A DNA stretch of 64,000 nucleotides from the NCBI GenBank assembly GCA_964658305.1, contig OZ210885.1, positions 6,572,001 to 6,636,000 on the forward strand, given 5' to 3'. Source of the stretch: Leptogorgia sarmentosa. Taxonomy: Eukaryota. The position numbers and the translations under genes are program-made. Below are positions 23,580 through 36,006 of the stretch, piece by piece. The notes under the pieces are model-generated. The model had not been told where the DNA came from. It worked only from the letters and a program-made list of their open reading frames with translations, and ran no database searches. The stretch's first letter is position 1, and every line of letters begins with the position of its first letter.

Positions 23580-25748
23580 ATGGCGGCCGTCAAGAAGAGT
23601 CGAGGAAAAGTGTGGACAGACGAGGAAACAAAAGCACTTATTGATCTGTGGGGTGAAGAGGCTATTCAAATAGCTCTCGAAAATGCAAAGACATCCAGAG
23701 CATCAAGCCAAGTATACAAGACGTTACTTGTAAGTTGAACTGTTTTAACTTTTAATTGCAGTAAATGAAATTTGCATCAACTGCGGATCACTGAAACTAT
23801 CAATGTTTGAATACTATAAAATTACTAGAATAGTTTTAAGTTTCTATGTTTTCGGGATATTATGTCAAAATTGATAGAGGTAAAAGTACATTTCTTGCCA
23901 AAGCAGCACTATCATAGCCTGTGGGTATGAAATCATACAGTATAGGAATATTCTATCGATAGTATCTGATGGTGTGTATTTTATTACCATAAAGATGCAA
24001 CTCGAAAGCAAAGGATTCAGGGAGATAACATTAAAAGGCATCGTTAATAAGATGAAGAAGTTAAGACAGAAATACAAAGCGGAAAAGGACAAGACGAGAA
24101 AATCTGGTAGTGGGAGACAGAAGAAATGGAAATTCTTTGACCAAATAGACCATCTCCTATCACATAGACACAATGTAACGCCACTTGTTGTGTTGGATAC
24201 TATGGCTACTGAAAGTCAAGGAAGTGAAACAGAATATTTGGACGAGACATTGGACGAGGATAACTCCAATGAGTTTGAAAATACAGGTACAAACATGTGC
24301 AGATATGTGAAGACTAGCACCTGTTTTTCCAAATTGTCCCCCACCTGTTTGGTAAATCATAGGCAGCCCAACGCACGCATGACGTTGTTAATTAATACTA
24401 CGTCATGCGTGTGTTGGGCTGCCTATGGGTAAATTAGCTCATTAGTTCATTTGCAAAGGATTTAGCTATGTCTATCATTGCACATGCCCAGGCATGTTGG
24501 GTATGAAGCAGTGTAAGCAATGGTGGTATTTGAATATGCATGCATATTGCTTTCGCAGTTTACAGTTGTATAACAATGCCTAGTAGGTATACATTTGTAT
24601 AATGACGTTTGTTGTTGACAGACATTAAGTTTCATAATTTGACAATTTCAGTGGGCAACCTAGCAGAGAAGTATGGAAAAGGGAAGAAGTCAACAGTGAA
24701 ATGTAAAACCTGCAGTTATGAACAAGCCATTTTTTCAAGTGGGGTGCACACATCAGATGGTGGTGCAGTCATGGTATATGACACAAATGAAGAGTTTGTC
24801 TGTCCAAATTGTGGTATAGATGGTGATATTGAAGAAATTGATGAGGAAAATGGCAATAATGGACCTACTACTGGTAACTAGGCTTTGTTTGGCATTTAAC
24901 TGTAAAATCAATGTGTAAAAATGCCATGTATTTTATATACCTGTACCTGCAAAAACTCCTGATAGTTTATACATACATTTAGGTTGAATGTTCTTATATA
25001 TACTAAAACATAAACTGGGTTGGACAGTACACAAAAATTAATTCATGAGACAGGCATGCTCTGTGTATGTTGAAATGACTTCCTATGAATTACCTTCTCA
25101 GGTGACATTCAAGAGAATGATACTAGTAAAAAGGATGGAATTGAAAACAACCTGCCTAACTCGAGTGATGAGCTTAAAAAGCCTGCCATTAGGGCAAAAA
25201 GAAAAAGCACAGGGGAAAAAGGCTTGGAGGCAGTATTTGATAAGTTCAAAAATGCAGCTAATGAAGATTTTGAAAGGTATCCTATGATCAGGCTCTCAGC
25301 CTTTCAGGGCCTTGAAAGGGGCGAATGCTCCGAATGTTTGAAATTTGGGTTTCGGGGGTTTACTTTGTGTTCGGGGTTTATAGTTGTGGTATATGTTACT
25401 GTTCTGTTTTTAAAACAATTACGACATTTTCAATGTCTCATGTTATTGTTTGCTTTAAGATATAAAGAGCTGGAAAAAACGAGAATTGAGAAAGAACATG
25501 CATTCCAGAGAGAACAAATGAAGCTAGAAAACCAGCAGAGGAAAGAGGAGAGGGAACATGAGATGCAAATGTTATTGATGATGTTGGGGAACACAAACCA
25601 ACCAAGAAATGCTGATACTTTTCCAATGCCATCAATTTTAAATGCCTACCCTCATGCTTCCGTTCAGCAACAAAATTATGGAAGTGTTTCTTCCATAAGC
25701 ACACCTTCTTATGCTGTCCACGAGGACAAAACGTATTTTCAATTATGA
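23580..25748 (+). CDS. Harbinger-2 Myb/SANT (trihelix) accessory protein, 5 exons: 23580-23729, 23995-24286, 24652-24873, 25102-25276, 25460-25748
   Basis: WTDEETKALIDLWGE..KMKKLRQKYK..WKFFDQID; all GT-AG junctions phase-compatible; C-terminal EEREHEMQMLLMM. Confidence 0.8.
24358..24427. mobile_element. 70-bp palindromic TIR-only element with 7-bp TSD (P-superfamily-like)
   Basis: 28-bp arms cataggcagcccaacRcacgcatgacgt; ggtaaat at 24351-24357 and 24428-24434. Confidence 0.8.
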
Positions 25749-26144
25749 AGCTGTTTAATTTTGCTTTCCACGTTGGGAATTAACAGAAAAAAGAGACTGT
25801 AAATTCAAGTGTTCAAGTCTTCTATTATAAAGATTGATATTTTGTCACGAAAAAAATCTTGTCAGTGACGTGTTAATACGATTAGACTTAAGGGAGTAAG
25901 CAACGTACACGAATTGTGTTAAGTTATGTTTTGACTGTTAATGTACAAACTTTCTTTATAAGTTATCTTCCAAATGAGTGAACAAAGTTGTACTTTCAAA
26001 AACGCATGATTAAAAATGAAGCTGTTCTATATATAACTGTCTATGTTTTTGGATTCTTCATGCCCGAGGCCAGTTGTTCAACAGTTTCTTTGTTACAGTT
26101 TCTTCCTGTCTTTGTTATTCTTTTGTGATACGAACTGGAAGCTG

Positions 26145-27385
26145 TTACTGTGCATTAAATAAGTCTGTGAGTGCGTCACGAATACTTTGTGCGTCAGAGA
26201 GTACATTGTCGTCGACAGGCGCTACCGCAATGTCTTCAAATTCATTTTCCCTCCATAAAGGTAAAAAGTCATTTTTTTGCAGCTCACATAAATTGTGCAG
26301 TATGCATGAAGCATGCGTAACGCTCACCAAGGCAGAAACCCCCATATCTACACGTTTCGAAAATCTTGTAAACCGACCTTTCCACCTCCCAAAAGTATTT
26401 TCAACCGTCATTCTAGCGCGACTTAATCTGTAATTGAAGACGCCTTCTCACGCCTTTGTGCTGTGTTGTTTCTTGGGTACCCCTTTAAGAGCCATGGCAA
26501 CAGAGGATATGCTGGGTCCGCCAGAATGAGTGGTGGTATTTCTTCGCCATTAATTTCTTTTGTAAGTTCACGTGGAAAGAGTTTTTGATCGTTTTCTTTC
26601 GTAAAAATAGCAGAATTAGAAAAAACACGGGCATCGTGTACACTCCCTGGCCATCCGACCACAACATCCCTGAACAAGTAGTCACAGTCCACAACTGCTT
26701 GCATTATAATACTATGGTACCCTTTTCTATTCACATATTCTGCGTGGCTTTCTGTTGGTGCTAAAATTGGGATGTGTGTACCATCTATGGCACCAGCGCA
26801 CATAGGAAATCCCCATTTTCTTTCATAGCCATGAATAACATGCAGCAATTGGTCTCCCTGTGGAAAGCTGATCACTTTGGACAAGCAATTAGTAATGGCA
26901 CGGCACACATCTTTCACGCATACACATACAAATGATCGTGACACTCCAAACAGATTGGCAATCGTCCTATACTCTGCTGTGGATGCCAGAAAGTATAATG
27001 TGAGTGCTAGTCGTCGTCGTATCGATATCGAAGAACGCATAACGGTGTCAGGATGGTATATTTCTTCACCGATTGCATCCAGCAGAAATCTAAAGGTTTC
27101 CTTCGTGACTCGAAAATTGGCGTACCATAACTCGTCGTTATAGGTATGTTCCACCATTTCTATCCATGTGAATGATCTCGGATGCATCCATAATGAACGG
27201 TCTCGCGTATGGCAAAGACAAATTAAAATGGCTTCAATAAAAGCAATCTGACGCGTCTTTGTGTCAAGATCAGTGCGTTTATTTGAATTTGTCGCAGCGA
27301 TTCTTTGTTTACCTGATCGTCTTTTGACAGTCTTTTTAATGCGTTGGAGATACCACGAAATGAGCAATTGCTGTTTAGACTTCAT
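26145..27385 (-). pseudogene. Harbinger-2 DDE transposase, one frameshift near 26440
   Basis: [36 protein letters not shown]; then VENTFGRWKGRF..CILHNLCE in another frame. Confidence 0.93.
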
Positions 27386-27618
27386 TGTTTTTTAAATATC
27401 CCGCTAAAAACGCGCGCCTAAACAAGATACCGCTTTCAATTGTACTAAAGGCTCTTGTTTTGGAGTGCCAAATAGGGGTGCCGGTCTGTTTTATTTTGGC
27501 CGCCGTGCCTAACATATATTTGTCGTGTAAACATGGAGTGCCATGTTTTAAAAGTGGTCCGTGTGCCAAATTTTAAGCGTGCCGTGCCCAAAATACTTGT
27601 CGTGTAAACGGGGCTAAA

Positions 27619-27990
27619 ATGTGTCACGTTTATGGCTTAAAAGTGGCAAAGCAAGACCTTCCCTTTCCTTCACCATTGAATGAAGCATGGAAACTACTTT
27701 GCAAAGTAATTGACAGATTACACTTACGAAATCATGTTGATCCAAAGTGTAAGCGTTTATATAATGCAGACGATAAAATCCCTCCACAGTTCAATACAAT
27801 GGCATGTGAACAAACCTTCGTTTGGGCCAACCGCTTTAAGAAGATTGTTTCTGCTATGCTCATACCCACCAGTTTTTCTACATAGAATTCTAAAATACCA
27901 TCATAAATATACAGAGAAGAGCAACAAAAGCAGAAAGATTCCTGTTCTTTGCAAAATTGGAAAAAATGTAAATAATGTAAATATAAGTTA
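27619..27990 (+). pseudogene. KDZ-like transposase exon, 3' half
   Basis: MCH..KVIDRLHLRNHVDPKCKRLYN..NTMACEQTFVWANRFKKIVSAM. Confidence 0.7.
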
Positions 27991-28799
27991 ATAAAGTAAA
28001 CGATCTATGTTAAAAAAAATTTTTTTTCACAAGCTTTCGACTGACAGTCTGCAGTCTTCTGACGGGTAGATAGATAATGAGCTAGTGTTACAAGATACGA
28101 TACAAAGTGAGTAGTGTTATACAATGATGGTTTACAATTACAATTACTGACAACAACTACTGACAGTTCTGCCTATGAAGATGATTGGTGACTATTTACA
28201 TATTATAAAGAGTTTAAAGTTTTTTTGAGCAAAAAGCGATACTGTTCTGGCAAATGTTTAGAATTATTATCTGCGTCCTAATAATAATTTTCGGACTAAG
28301 TATTTTGGTCTAAGTATACGTTGCAATTCAAACAATTAGAAATTGACGTATAAAATGGGTCTAACACTAACACCCAGTTTGTTTTATTATTAGACAACTT
28401 TGTTTTCCCCACCTTTATCGAGTTCCTCTACACATTCTTTAGGAATCATGCTCTGGGCAACTTTGATACACGCAACTTTTCCAGCCATACCAGCGAAATT
28501 AGCTCTGTGATTAACTTTGGAATGGTCCAAAATCGTTGCTAATTCGCAGATGCTAGTTTCGCTAGACCATCAAAGCCCGCACCACTGATGGTTGCTATTG
28601 CTTTTGGCAAAATAAAGGCCAGATATGGACTTTTTTCCTTTTTACCATGCATCAGTGGCTTGATTTATTTAGAGAGCTTAATATAACAAAAACATGAACT
28701 GTTTTGTCACTTCAATGATTAGCATTTTTTCCATGTCACTGTGATTAAAAATTTATTACTTATCACCTGTATTATCTGCACAAACAGTGATGCGTAAAT

Positions 28800-29345
28800 C
28801 TGATCTTATAAATATCTGGGGGTACAGCTGGATCCTACACTTTCATTTAATCAACATTTAAATAGTGTACTTAAGAAAGCAGCAGGAAAAATAAAAGTAC
28901 TGAAGATGATCAGGTCTTCTCTGACACTACATGCTGCTCAAGCTGTTTATCAACTCATGATTGCTCCGACAATGACATACTGTCATTTTGTATATTTGGA
29001 ATTTTCAAATTCATTTTTAGCTAAATTACAATTATTGGAAAACCAAGCATTGGATATCCTGAATGGGCTGAGAGATGAAAGTGTTACACTTGAGATCCAT
29101 GATTTTAAGTCGTCTGTTTTTTACTATTATGGTTTTCAAATCAATAAACAATTTGTCATGTGATCTCTTTAATGGCTATTTACAATTTCAAGTCATAACT
29201 TTAACATTCATATAAATTATTTTGATTGGGTATGGTTTGATATAGTTTAATTAAAGTAGTTTTGTTTTTATATTTGTAAGGACAGGACACTCAAGGATAG
29301 CAGTACCGTTTAGATTACTGATGAGGTTTTTCTTATCCTGTATAA
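28800..29345 (+). mobile_element. CR1/L2-clade LINE 3' fragment
   Basis: YKYLGVQLDPTLSFNQHLNSVLKKAAGKIKVLKMIRSSLTLHAAQAVYQLMIAP. Confidence 0.8.
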
Positions 29346-29415
29346 TTGTCTTAATAATAATAGATACCCCCAAGTTTCATAAAAATCAAGATGTTAAGTG
29401 TCTTGGTACATGACA

Positions 29416-29583
29416 TTATCCCCGAGCCACGGCGCTTCGCGCCGTCCGGGCGTTAGCCCAGGGCAAGGGTAATAATTCCGCATAGCGAGTCCAAAGTTAC
29501 TCGATTTGGCAGCCATTTTGGTTCAAGGTGTAAGAGCAAAATGTGTAAGGGTGGTCATCACTGATCTCAAAATTATGGTGGAT
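29416..29583. repeat. Hairpin-headed interspersed repeat, copy 1
   Basis: Closely matches 59367-59520; hairpin acggcgc-ttc-gcgccgt. Confidence 0.8.
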
Positions 29584-29899
29584 ATTAAATGCTTATTATT
29601 TCTTATTCTGAGGTTTTCACAAAGCGATAAAGCCCCTGGCCCAGAAAGTGTGAAGCCTGCTGAAAGCGAAAACGCGGCGCCTCAAAAACACCGATGAATT
29701 CGCGCAGTATGCGGCCCTGAATTTTAAAATCGCAGTGGTCAAAGTGTGTGTGACGCGTCAAATGTTTTTGAGGTTAGCCACATTGCCAGAAGGTTATGGG
29801 TTTTGGGGTTGCGATTGAATTATGCATGGGTACAATTATAGTTAGAAAATCTTACAAAAAGAAACTTGAGAAAGGTATATCAGTAAGGTATCGCAATTC

Positions 29900-30620
29900 G
29901 ATAAAAGATGGCGATGATGTCGGATTAAACGTGGGGTCGTTGGAACTGAGAATCTACAGGCTTCTCATGGACAATAACCTGGAAACTTTATTTCCCAACA
30001 CTTTCATTGCATATTGCATTTATCTTTCACTTATGATCTCCAACTGTTCTGGTGAAAGGTCATTCTCTGTACTGAAGAGAATTAAAAACCAAGTTGGATT
30101 GTGCATGACACAGACGAGGCTCAACAGTCTTACCCTGCTGAGTGTGGAACACGAACTTTTGCAGAAAATGGACTTCACTGAATCGATTAAGGACTTCGCC
30201 AGTCAGAAGTCCCGTAAACAAAATATAGTTTGATAACTAATTTGCTATATACATTTTGATGTTGAAACACTTCATGGATATACTTTTGCTGTTCCTGTAT
30301 ACATTGCTATTAATATAATTGAACTTTATTCCTTTTTCCGATGTAGTGTAGTATACTATAGTGTAGTATACTATAGTGTAGTATTTTTTGTAAATATGAC
30401 AAGATTGTTTATGGGATAAAATGCAACATTTTCTTGATTTTCTCTTTTGAAGTCGAAGACTTGAAGTTCTTTTAGATTTTCATATAAAGCTATCGGTCTG
30501 TCAAAACAGGGTGGTGGTTGAGTGGTGTGGAAGGGGGGAGCAACAGGGCCCAGCGCTGATGAAATGCCGGGGGGGGGGGCACGCTGATGAAATGCCGGGG
30601 GCCCCGCTCAAGGGGCACCA
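29900..30620 (+). mobile_element. hAT C-terminal dimerisation fragment and subterminal region
   Basis: FPNTFIAYCIYLSLMISNCSGERSFSVLKRIKN..MTQTRLNSLTLLSVE; gggccc-rich repeats 30546-30618. Confidence 0.85.
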
Positions 30621-30795
30621 TCCTGTTTTCACTGGTCCTGGAATTTTGCATAAGCAAAAACTCTATGCATCGTACAAGACACTTCCATTGTTAATGCCCA
30701 AATACTGCCCTGGAACAAGAGAAATCCTCATTTATGGAACTGATGGGGAAGAATATATGGCCAAAGCCTTTTCAGATGCCTATCCAAGCATCTGT
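30620..30795 (+). pseudogene. MULE transposase fragment (same family as 1300-2062)
   Basis: PVFTGPGILHKQKLYASY..GTDGEEYMAKAFSDAYP. Confidence 0.6.
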
Positions 30796-30799
30796 GTTG

Positions 30800-31120
30800 C
30801 GACAACAATTGGTTCAATGTCCCTACACAATCACCATGTATAACAAACACATGGGTGGAGTTGATAAAAATGATCAGCTGAAGGCTTATTACTCTATTAC
30901 ATGCCATTCAAAAAAAAATGGTGGCCAAGAATTTTTTTGAGCTGGTAGATCGGTGTGTTGTAAACAGTTACCTATTGGAAAGTGAATTGGCAAATCATGC
31001 AGACAGAACCATGAAGCTGTTTGGCATTGATCTTGTAAAACTACTAATAGGTGAATTCACATCAAGGAAAGCATGTGGCCGTCACTCAGTTGACACTCCT
31101 GCAACTTGTGTGTCAAGTTG
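30800..31120 (+). pseudogene. piggyBac transposase fragment
   Basis: YNKHMGGVDKNDQLKAYY..WWPRIFFELVDRCVVNSYLL (frameshifted). Confidence 0.88.
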
Positions 31121-31194
31121 TACAGGCAAATTATTCTGTTCGATCTTAAACACATTATTTATGAATATCATAAATAACAAAAAAATTATCCATC

Positions 31195-31830
31195 CCCCAC
31201 GACAGCAGATCACACACTCACCTTAAAAACCTGTCATGATATATTTGTTAAACCTACCAATAGCAGAAAAATCTATGCATGCTCTGTCGACTTTACGAAA
31301 GCCTTTGATTCTGTGTGGCACCAAGGCCTCTTCTGCGAACTATTAGAAAACAAAATAGGTGGTTGTTTTTACAATCTGATTAAAAATATGTACTCAAACA
31401 CAAAATGTTTGATAAAAATATCTGGTAAACGGACACTCTTCTTTCAATTAAGAAAGGTGTATGCCAAGGTTGTATTCTGAGTCCAATACTCTAATTTATA
31501 TATCAATGAAATACCAAAACTCTTTCAAAATACTCTATCAGTTCCGAATGGAACAAAAATAAACAGTCCATGATGAACTCAAGTCCAAATCTACAGTATG
31601 TGGAGTTAATGCCAAAGACTGTAACAAATTTGGTAAGAAATTCTCTAGGTGATTGCTTTGTCGAAAATTAACATTTGGACTCGCTGAAGACTTCGTTATT
31701 CTTTCAAGATCAAAATACGGTCTCCAAAACTGCCTTGATCAACCTCACAAATTGGTGGTTAATGCAAGTTAATACAAAAACGACAAAAATTATGATATTC
31801 CAAAAACACAACTCAAAACAACCTCTCAAT
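31195..31830 (+). pseudogene. Non-LTR reverse transcriptase fragment
   Basis: KIYACSVDFTKAFDSVWHQGLF..KGVCQGCILSP..NLYINEI..VNTKTTKIMIF. Confidence 0.85.
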
Positions 31831-32079
31831 CGTGCCAAAAAATTTATTTATATATTTTCTGTGTTACATTTTAATATATGTGTGTATTCTATATAACATA
31901 TTATCTATTAAATATATTATAATGAAAGTTCAAAGGCTCAACAGTCAAGATCTAGACAAGACATTTTATTACAAGTTGGTTTCGTGCTACACGTATCGTG
32001 TGGTACTCTTCAGATAAAATTGTCTAATGACAAAAATCTACACCCTAACTCTGCACTCTTAGGTGCAGATAGCTTATAC

Positions 32080-32420
32080 TAAATATAAAGTTATGCTCTG
32101 GTCAGCCATTGAGCACTCTACCATCTCTGTAACCAACCAGCCATTATCTCAACCGCTGCCAGCAATCAAACTTAAAAGCTCTGGTCCAACAGCTTTTCCA
32201 AGTGCTGTATTCAGAATGCTGTTCACTTACGACGAAATGAAGGGACGAAATTGTCGTGGTGTATAAAGGAAGGGTAAACTTGACGAGGGTAAACAGAACA
32301 AAATACAGGAGCATGTTCACAAGTACTATCCAGATACACCTGAGCAGTTGTTCATGGCCAGTTGTGCCAAAACAATTGATTCGTATGTAAGAAATAAGCA
32401 GCACAAAGCAAAAAAATTTT
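32080..32420 (+). pseudogene. BEN-domain fragment
   Basis: KSSGPTAFPSAVFRMLFTYDEMKGRNCRGV / GKLDEGKQNKIQEHVHKYYP..CAKTIDSYVRNK. Confidence 0.7.
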
Positions 32421-32479
32421 TCTTATTGCTTAATATGCCTAAAAACATTGTAATAATAATTATTGAATCTTGTAGTTAA

Positions 32480-33890
32480 AGTGCCACTAACACAATTTTT
32501 TTATTCACTGTATTGAAAGATATAATACAATATAATGCTCTAGTGAAAAAATTTTTTAATTTCATAAAATATTGCGGATTTTATTGCATGTTGAATATGA
32601 AATTTTGTGGACCAGTACCGTCGTTTTGGAAGCCTGGGAATACTGCACTTTTTTGACGTCACGCAAGGTAGTCGGTGTTTTGCTTTGATATTGCGCGAAT
32701 CAATGTGAATCACATATAATCTGTTTGACTAGCATTTCTTTGGTTTTGGATAAATTTGAATCGTTTTAAAAGATCTTGAGCAGCAGTGAGACAGATTCAG
32801 AAGTGAGCTGTCCGTCTGACGACACAAACTACAACTTCATTCCCCAATATATGATAGAGGATGCAACCCAGTTACCTTGATTCAGCGCATTTAAGCTGTT
32901 GTGGTTTTCCCATCCTGTAGCGTTATTTGGTTTAGTTTGTAGTAGGTTAACACCCTAACTGCTGCTATAAATTAAGCGCACTGAACCGAGAGAGTTACTT
33001 GCTTATCAAGCTCACGGCTCAAGCTAACTATCAAGGGCCGGAGCGCGTATAATATGGGTATGTCTTACTCAAGCCTCGGATAACATTGGGTAATTATCAT
33101 ATATAGTCATACTATACTCGTAATATATATTCATGTACCGTCCATATATATTTCACGCAGCTTTATGCTAAGATATTATAGCTTCTGTGTAGTGTTGCAT
33201 TTATGGCAATAGTCATAACATTGTATTTCAATTCATTGTATATTTTGCGACATAATGACCTTTGCGCTTAGTTAATTTGATATTTGCTAAATATTGGTGT
33301 GTCATAGTAGTCACATTAGTTATAACTTCTATCTATATTTAGTTTTTTATCTTTTTGTTATATAAGCGTTACTCGTGCCCGTTTTTTAAATACTTGTATT
33401 GTATCGTGTGTTGTTGCTATTGTCGATTATTAAATTTCTTTGTAAAACTCACTCGTATCGTGTGCGAACCTGACCATACCGGCCGTCTTACACATATTTT
33501 TCGTCTCTTCTTAGTTAGGGCCGGTCGTCGTTAAAATAAGGGATTGTGTGCATACTTATGCCATCTTTCAGCCTTGCTTTATTGGTACAACTGGCAGCGT
33601 TGCAACTAAAAGCCATCTTTTTGTTTTTAAAACCTGTACAAACGCGAGTTAGAGTAAAGGCAGACGCACAGAATGCAAACGCACGAGTACCTTGCATGAC
33701 GTCACGAAATTTGCTCGTTCCAGTCTTATCATGCTCGCGGAAGTGATCCACGCTAACACGCTAATATACGGTTTTCAAATCGCTGTAAAAAGGAAACTAT
33801 TTTATAAAAATCATTGTTGTTTGGACAGTTATGCATGAAAATATATAAACTTCCAAAATTGTTAAAAATAAAAATTGTGTTAGAGGCACT
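32480..33890 (-). mobile_element. Non-autonomous Kolobok element containing a solo LTR
   Basis: TTAA TSD both sides; TIR agtgccWctaacacaattttt; THAP start MAFSCNAASCTNKARLKDGISMHTIP on -. Confidence 0.88.
32916..33492 (+). mobile_element. Putative solo LTR
   Basis: tgta...taca ends, TATA-like ctataaa, attaaa near 3' end; related inverted copy at 50209-50247 plus 54075-54350. Left boundary uncertain. Confidence 0.6.
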
Positions 33891-34649
33891 TTAAGCGTTT
33901 CTGCTATTTTTGTGTAATTTTTTTGTATAATAAAAATCTTCATCCTTCTAGTTGTACATCTTGCGATTATACTAGTATGCCGGTACCTTGATAATATAGA
34001 CCAATAATTATCACATAAAACTGATAATCAAGTGAAAAGTGGTAAAAAGGCAGTACATTGTCATAAACTAATCTGATAATTCAAAAGCAGACAATCTGAA
34101 TTCATAATGTAACATGGATACCTGCATGTATATTCAGTCCAGACTTGTTGAATCAACAGTCTGGATGCGCTTGCAAGGTCATTGTTTGTTCCCAGACCTT
34201 TTACCCATATTCATCCTATTTCCATTACACCTCATATCCATAAAACTGAAAACTCTGACTAAAGCACTAATTGAACGTGACTTGTTAAGTTCGATACGGC
34301 CAGATACGAACCTTGTATGTTCACTTAATATAAATACATAACAGGACTTTTGTAAAAATTTTTTGTGGTAATACTATATGTGCATTGGTGGTACATTTAC
34401 ATTTTTGTCGAGTTTCTTTTTGTAGCATGAATGGTAAGAGAATTTTTGTTATGAAATGACAGTATTGCTTGCATAGCAATCGATACACATATTTGCTTAT
34501 ATAACACAATGGATGGTATTTGTACGACGAGCGTATTCGTACATATGCCTATGATTATGACTCGTGCTTACAGCATATGAAATGCTGCGTCGTATGATAT
34601 GCAAGCGGTACTGTATGTAAGCTGCATAGTGTTTGTGATACTCTTTGTG

Positions 34650-35290
34650 ATGGCTTGGAGGAGAAAGACAAGGTAAGTGGCTGTTATCGCGAAATTGAGG
34701 AACTACTTCTCAAGCTGGCTGAGTTCCACCTTTGTAATGATTTATACGAGTTGTTAACTTTCACTGAAACTAACAAATTTCATGTTGCTCTAGGTAGAGA
34801 TGGGGAGAACTGTCAAACAGTGCAAAGTTTTTTCATCTTTTGGCAATGTTACCTTGGAGTCTGCTCAAAACATCTGGGGTACATTCGATCTGCTACCATC
34901 GGACATTTGGAAACCCTGGAAGTATTCTGAGAGAATCAAGGTGGTAAGACAGGTTGATTGGCTCAAAACATCTTTAGCCAAATCCAAGTTATCAACAAGT
35001 ACTAAGCGGAGCAAAGTAACATCATTTATTGCCGAACAAAAGAGTAAGCAAGAGTTGGCCCCCATTATCGGAGAACTAATCGACCTGGCACATGTTGACC
35101 CCATACACTTACAATAATAATACTTGTGCTCTAGCCCATCGTTGCATTTTACATATTGCCCTTGCAATGGTTCCATCTCTATCCCCCTCAGGTTCCATCT
35201 CTATTTTTTAGGTATGTAGAAACATTGTGATCAAAATGCTCTCTTTCAATGCTCGCAAACAAAATGATAAGGTGGTTTAGGCAAAAATCA
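34650..35290 (+). pseudogene. Degraded ORF of an unassigned, probably transposase, family
   Basis: GCYREIEELLLKLAEF..FHVALGRDG; WKPWKYSERI..LAHVDPIHL. Confidence 0.4.
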
Positions 35291-36006
35291 AGGTTAGTAT
35301 TGAAAAATGCAAGACTTTTGTCTAAAGGCTGTTTTCCACTTTACTTCAAAATTTTATTGGATGCTGTATAGACCCAGTGCTGATGAAATCATGCGACATT
35401 GGGATGATCATCAATAACGCTCAAAAGAAACATCTATGCTTATTTTTTCAAATACATAAGCTTGCTAACTTTAAAACTTACACTTGCAAGATTTCAAAGA
35501 ATGAAGCTAAAATTCCGAGTGGACATCAGCCTTGCAATGTGCTCGTGTTGATCGATATATGTCCAGGAGTAGGTGAATGCAAGTCCTGTTACAGTTGAAA
35601 TGGGACTCTGTTATTCCACTCAGAGGTGAAGCAAGTGTTCCAACCCACTGCACAAAAACAGAAAGCCCTGTTGTTTCATGGAAGTAGAGTATGTGCAAAT
35701 ATACATACTGTATATGGCTTAATAAACTCAAATTCAACATTTAAAAATGCTTTTTATTGATGAAAATATTATGGTGTTTCAATTACTGATCATCAATAGT
35801 ACCAAAATATTAAAGTTTGACAGGTAAAGCTTTGACGGTTTGTTGACAGCATGTTAAGTATACTACATAGTTTGCACTCCTACACTGGCCTCTTTTTTTG
35901 CCACCCTGTCAGTGTGGGAATTTAATGACAATTAGGCATGGAACTGGGATTGGGAACCCCTCTTCATGACCCCACATTATGTATAAGCACGAATATTCTT
36001 CTATAG

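Larger units (their letters stand above)
23317..27615 (-). mobile_element. Full-length PIF/Harbinger transposon 2
   Basis: TIRs agccccgtttacacgacaa..ttttgggcacggcac at both ends, AAA TSD, two convergent genes. Confidence 0.95.

Noticed and set aside
28030..28066. Second hammerhead-like motif on - (gactg..cagtc-GAAA-gctt)
   Set aside because: The CUGANGA box is not recognisable and no Penelope ORF is adjacent.
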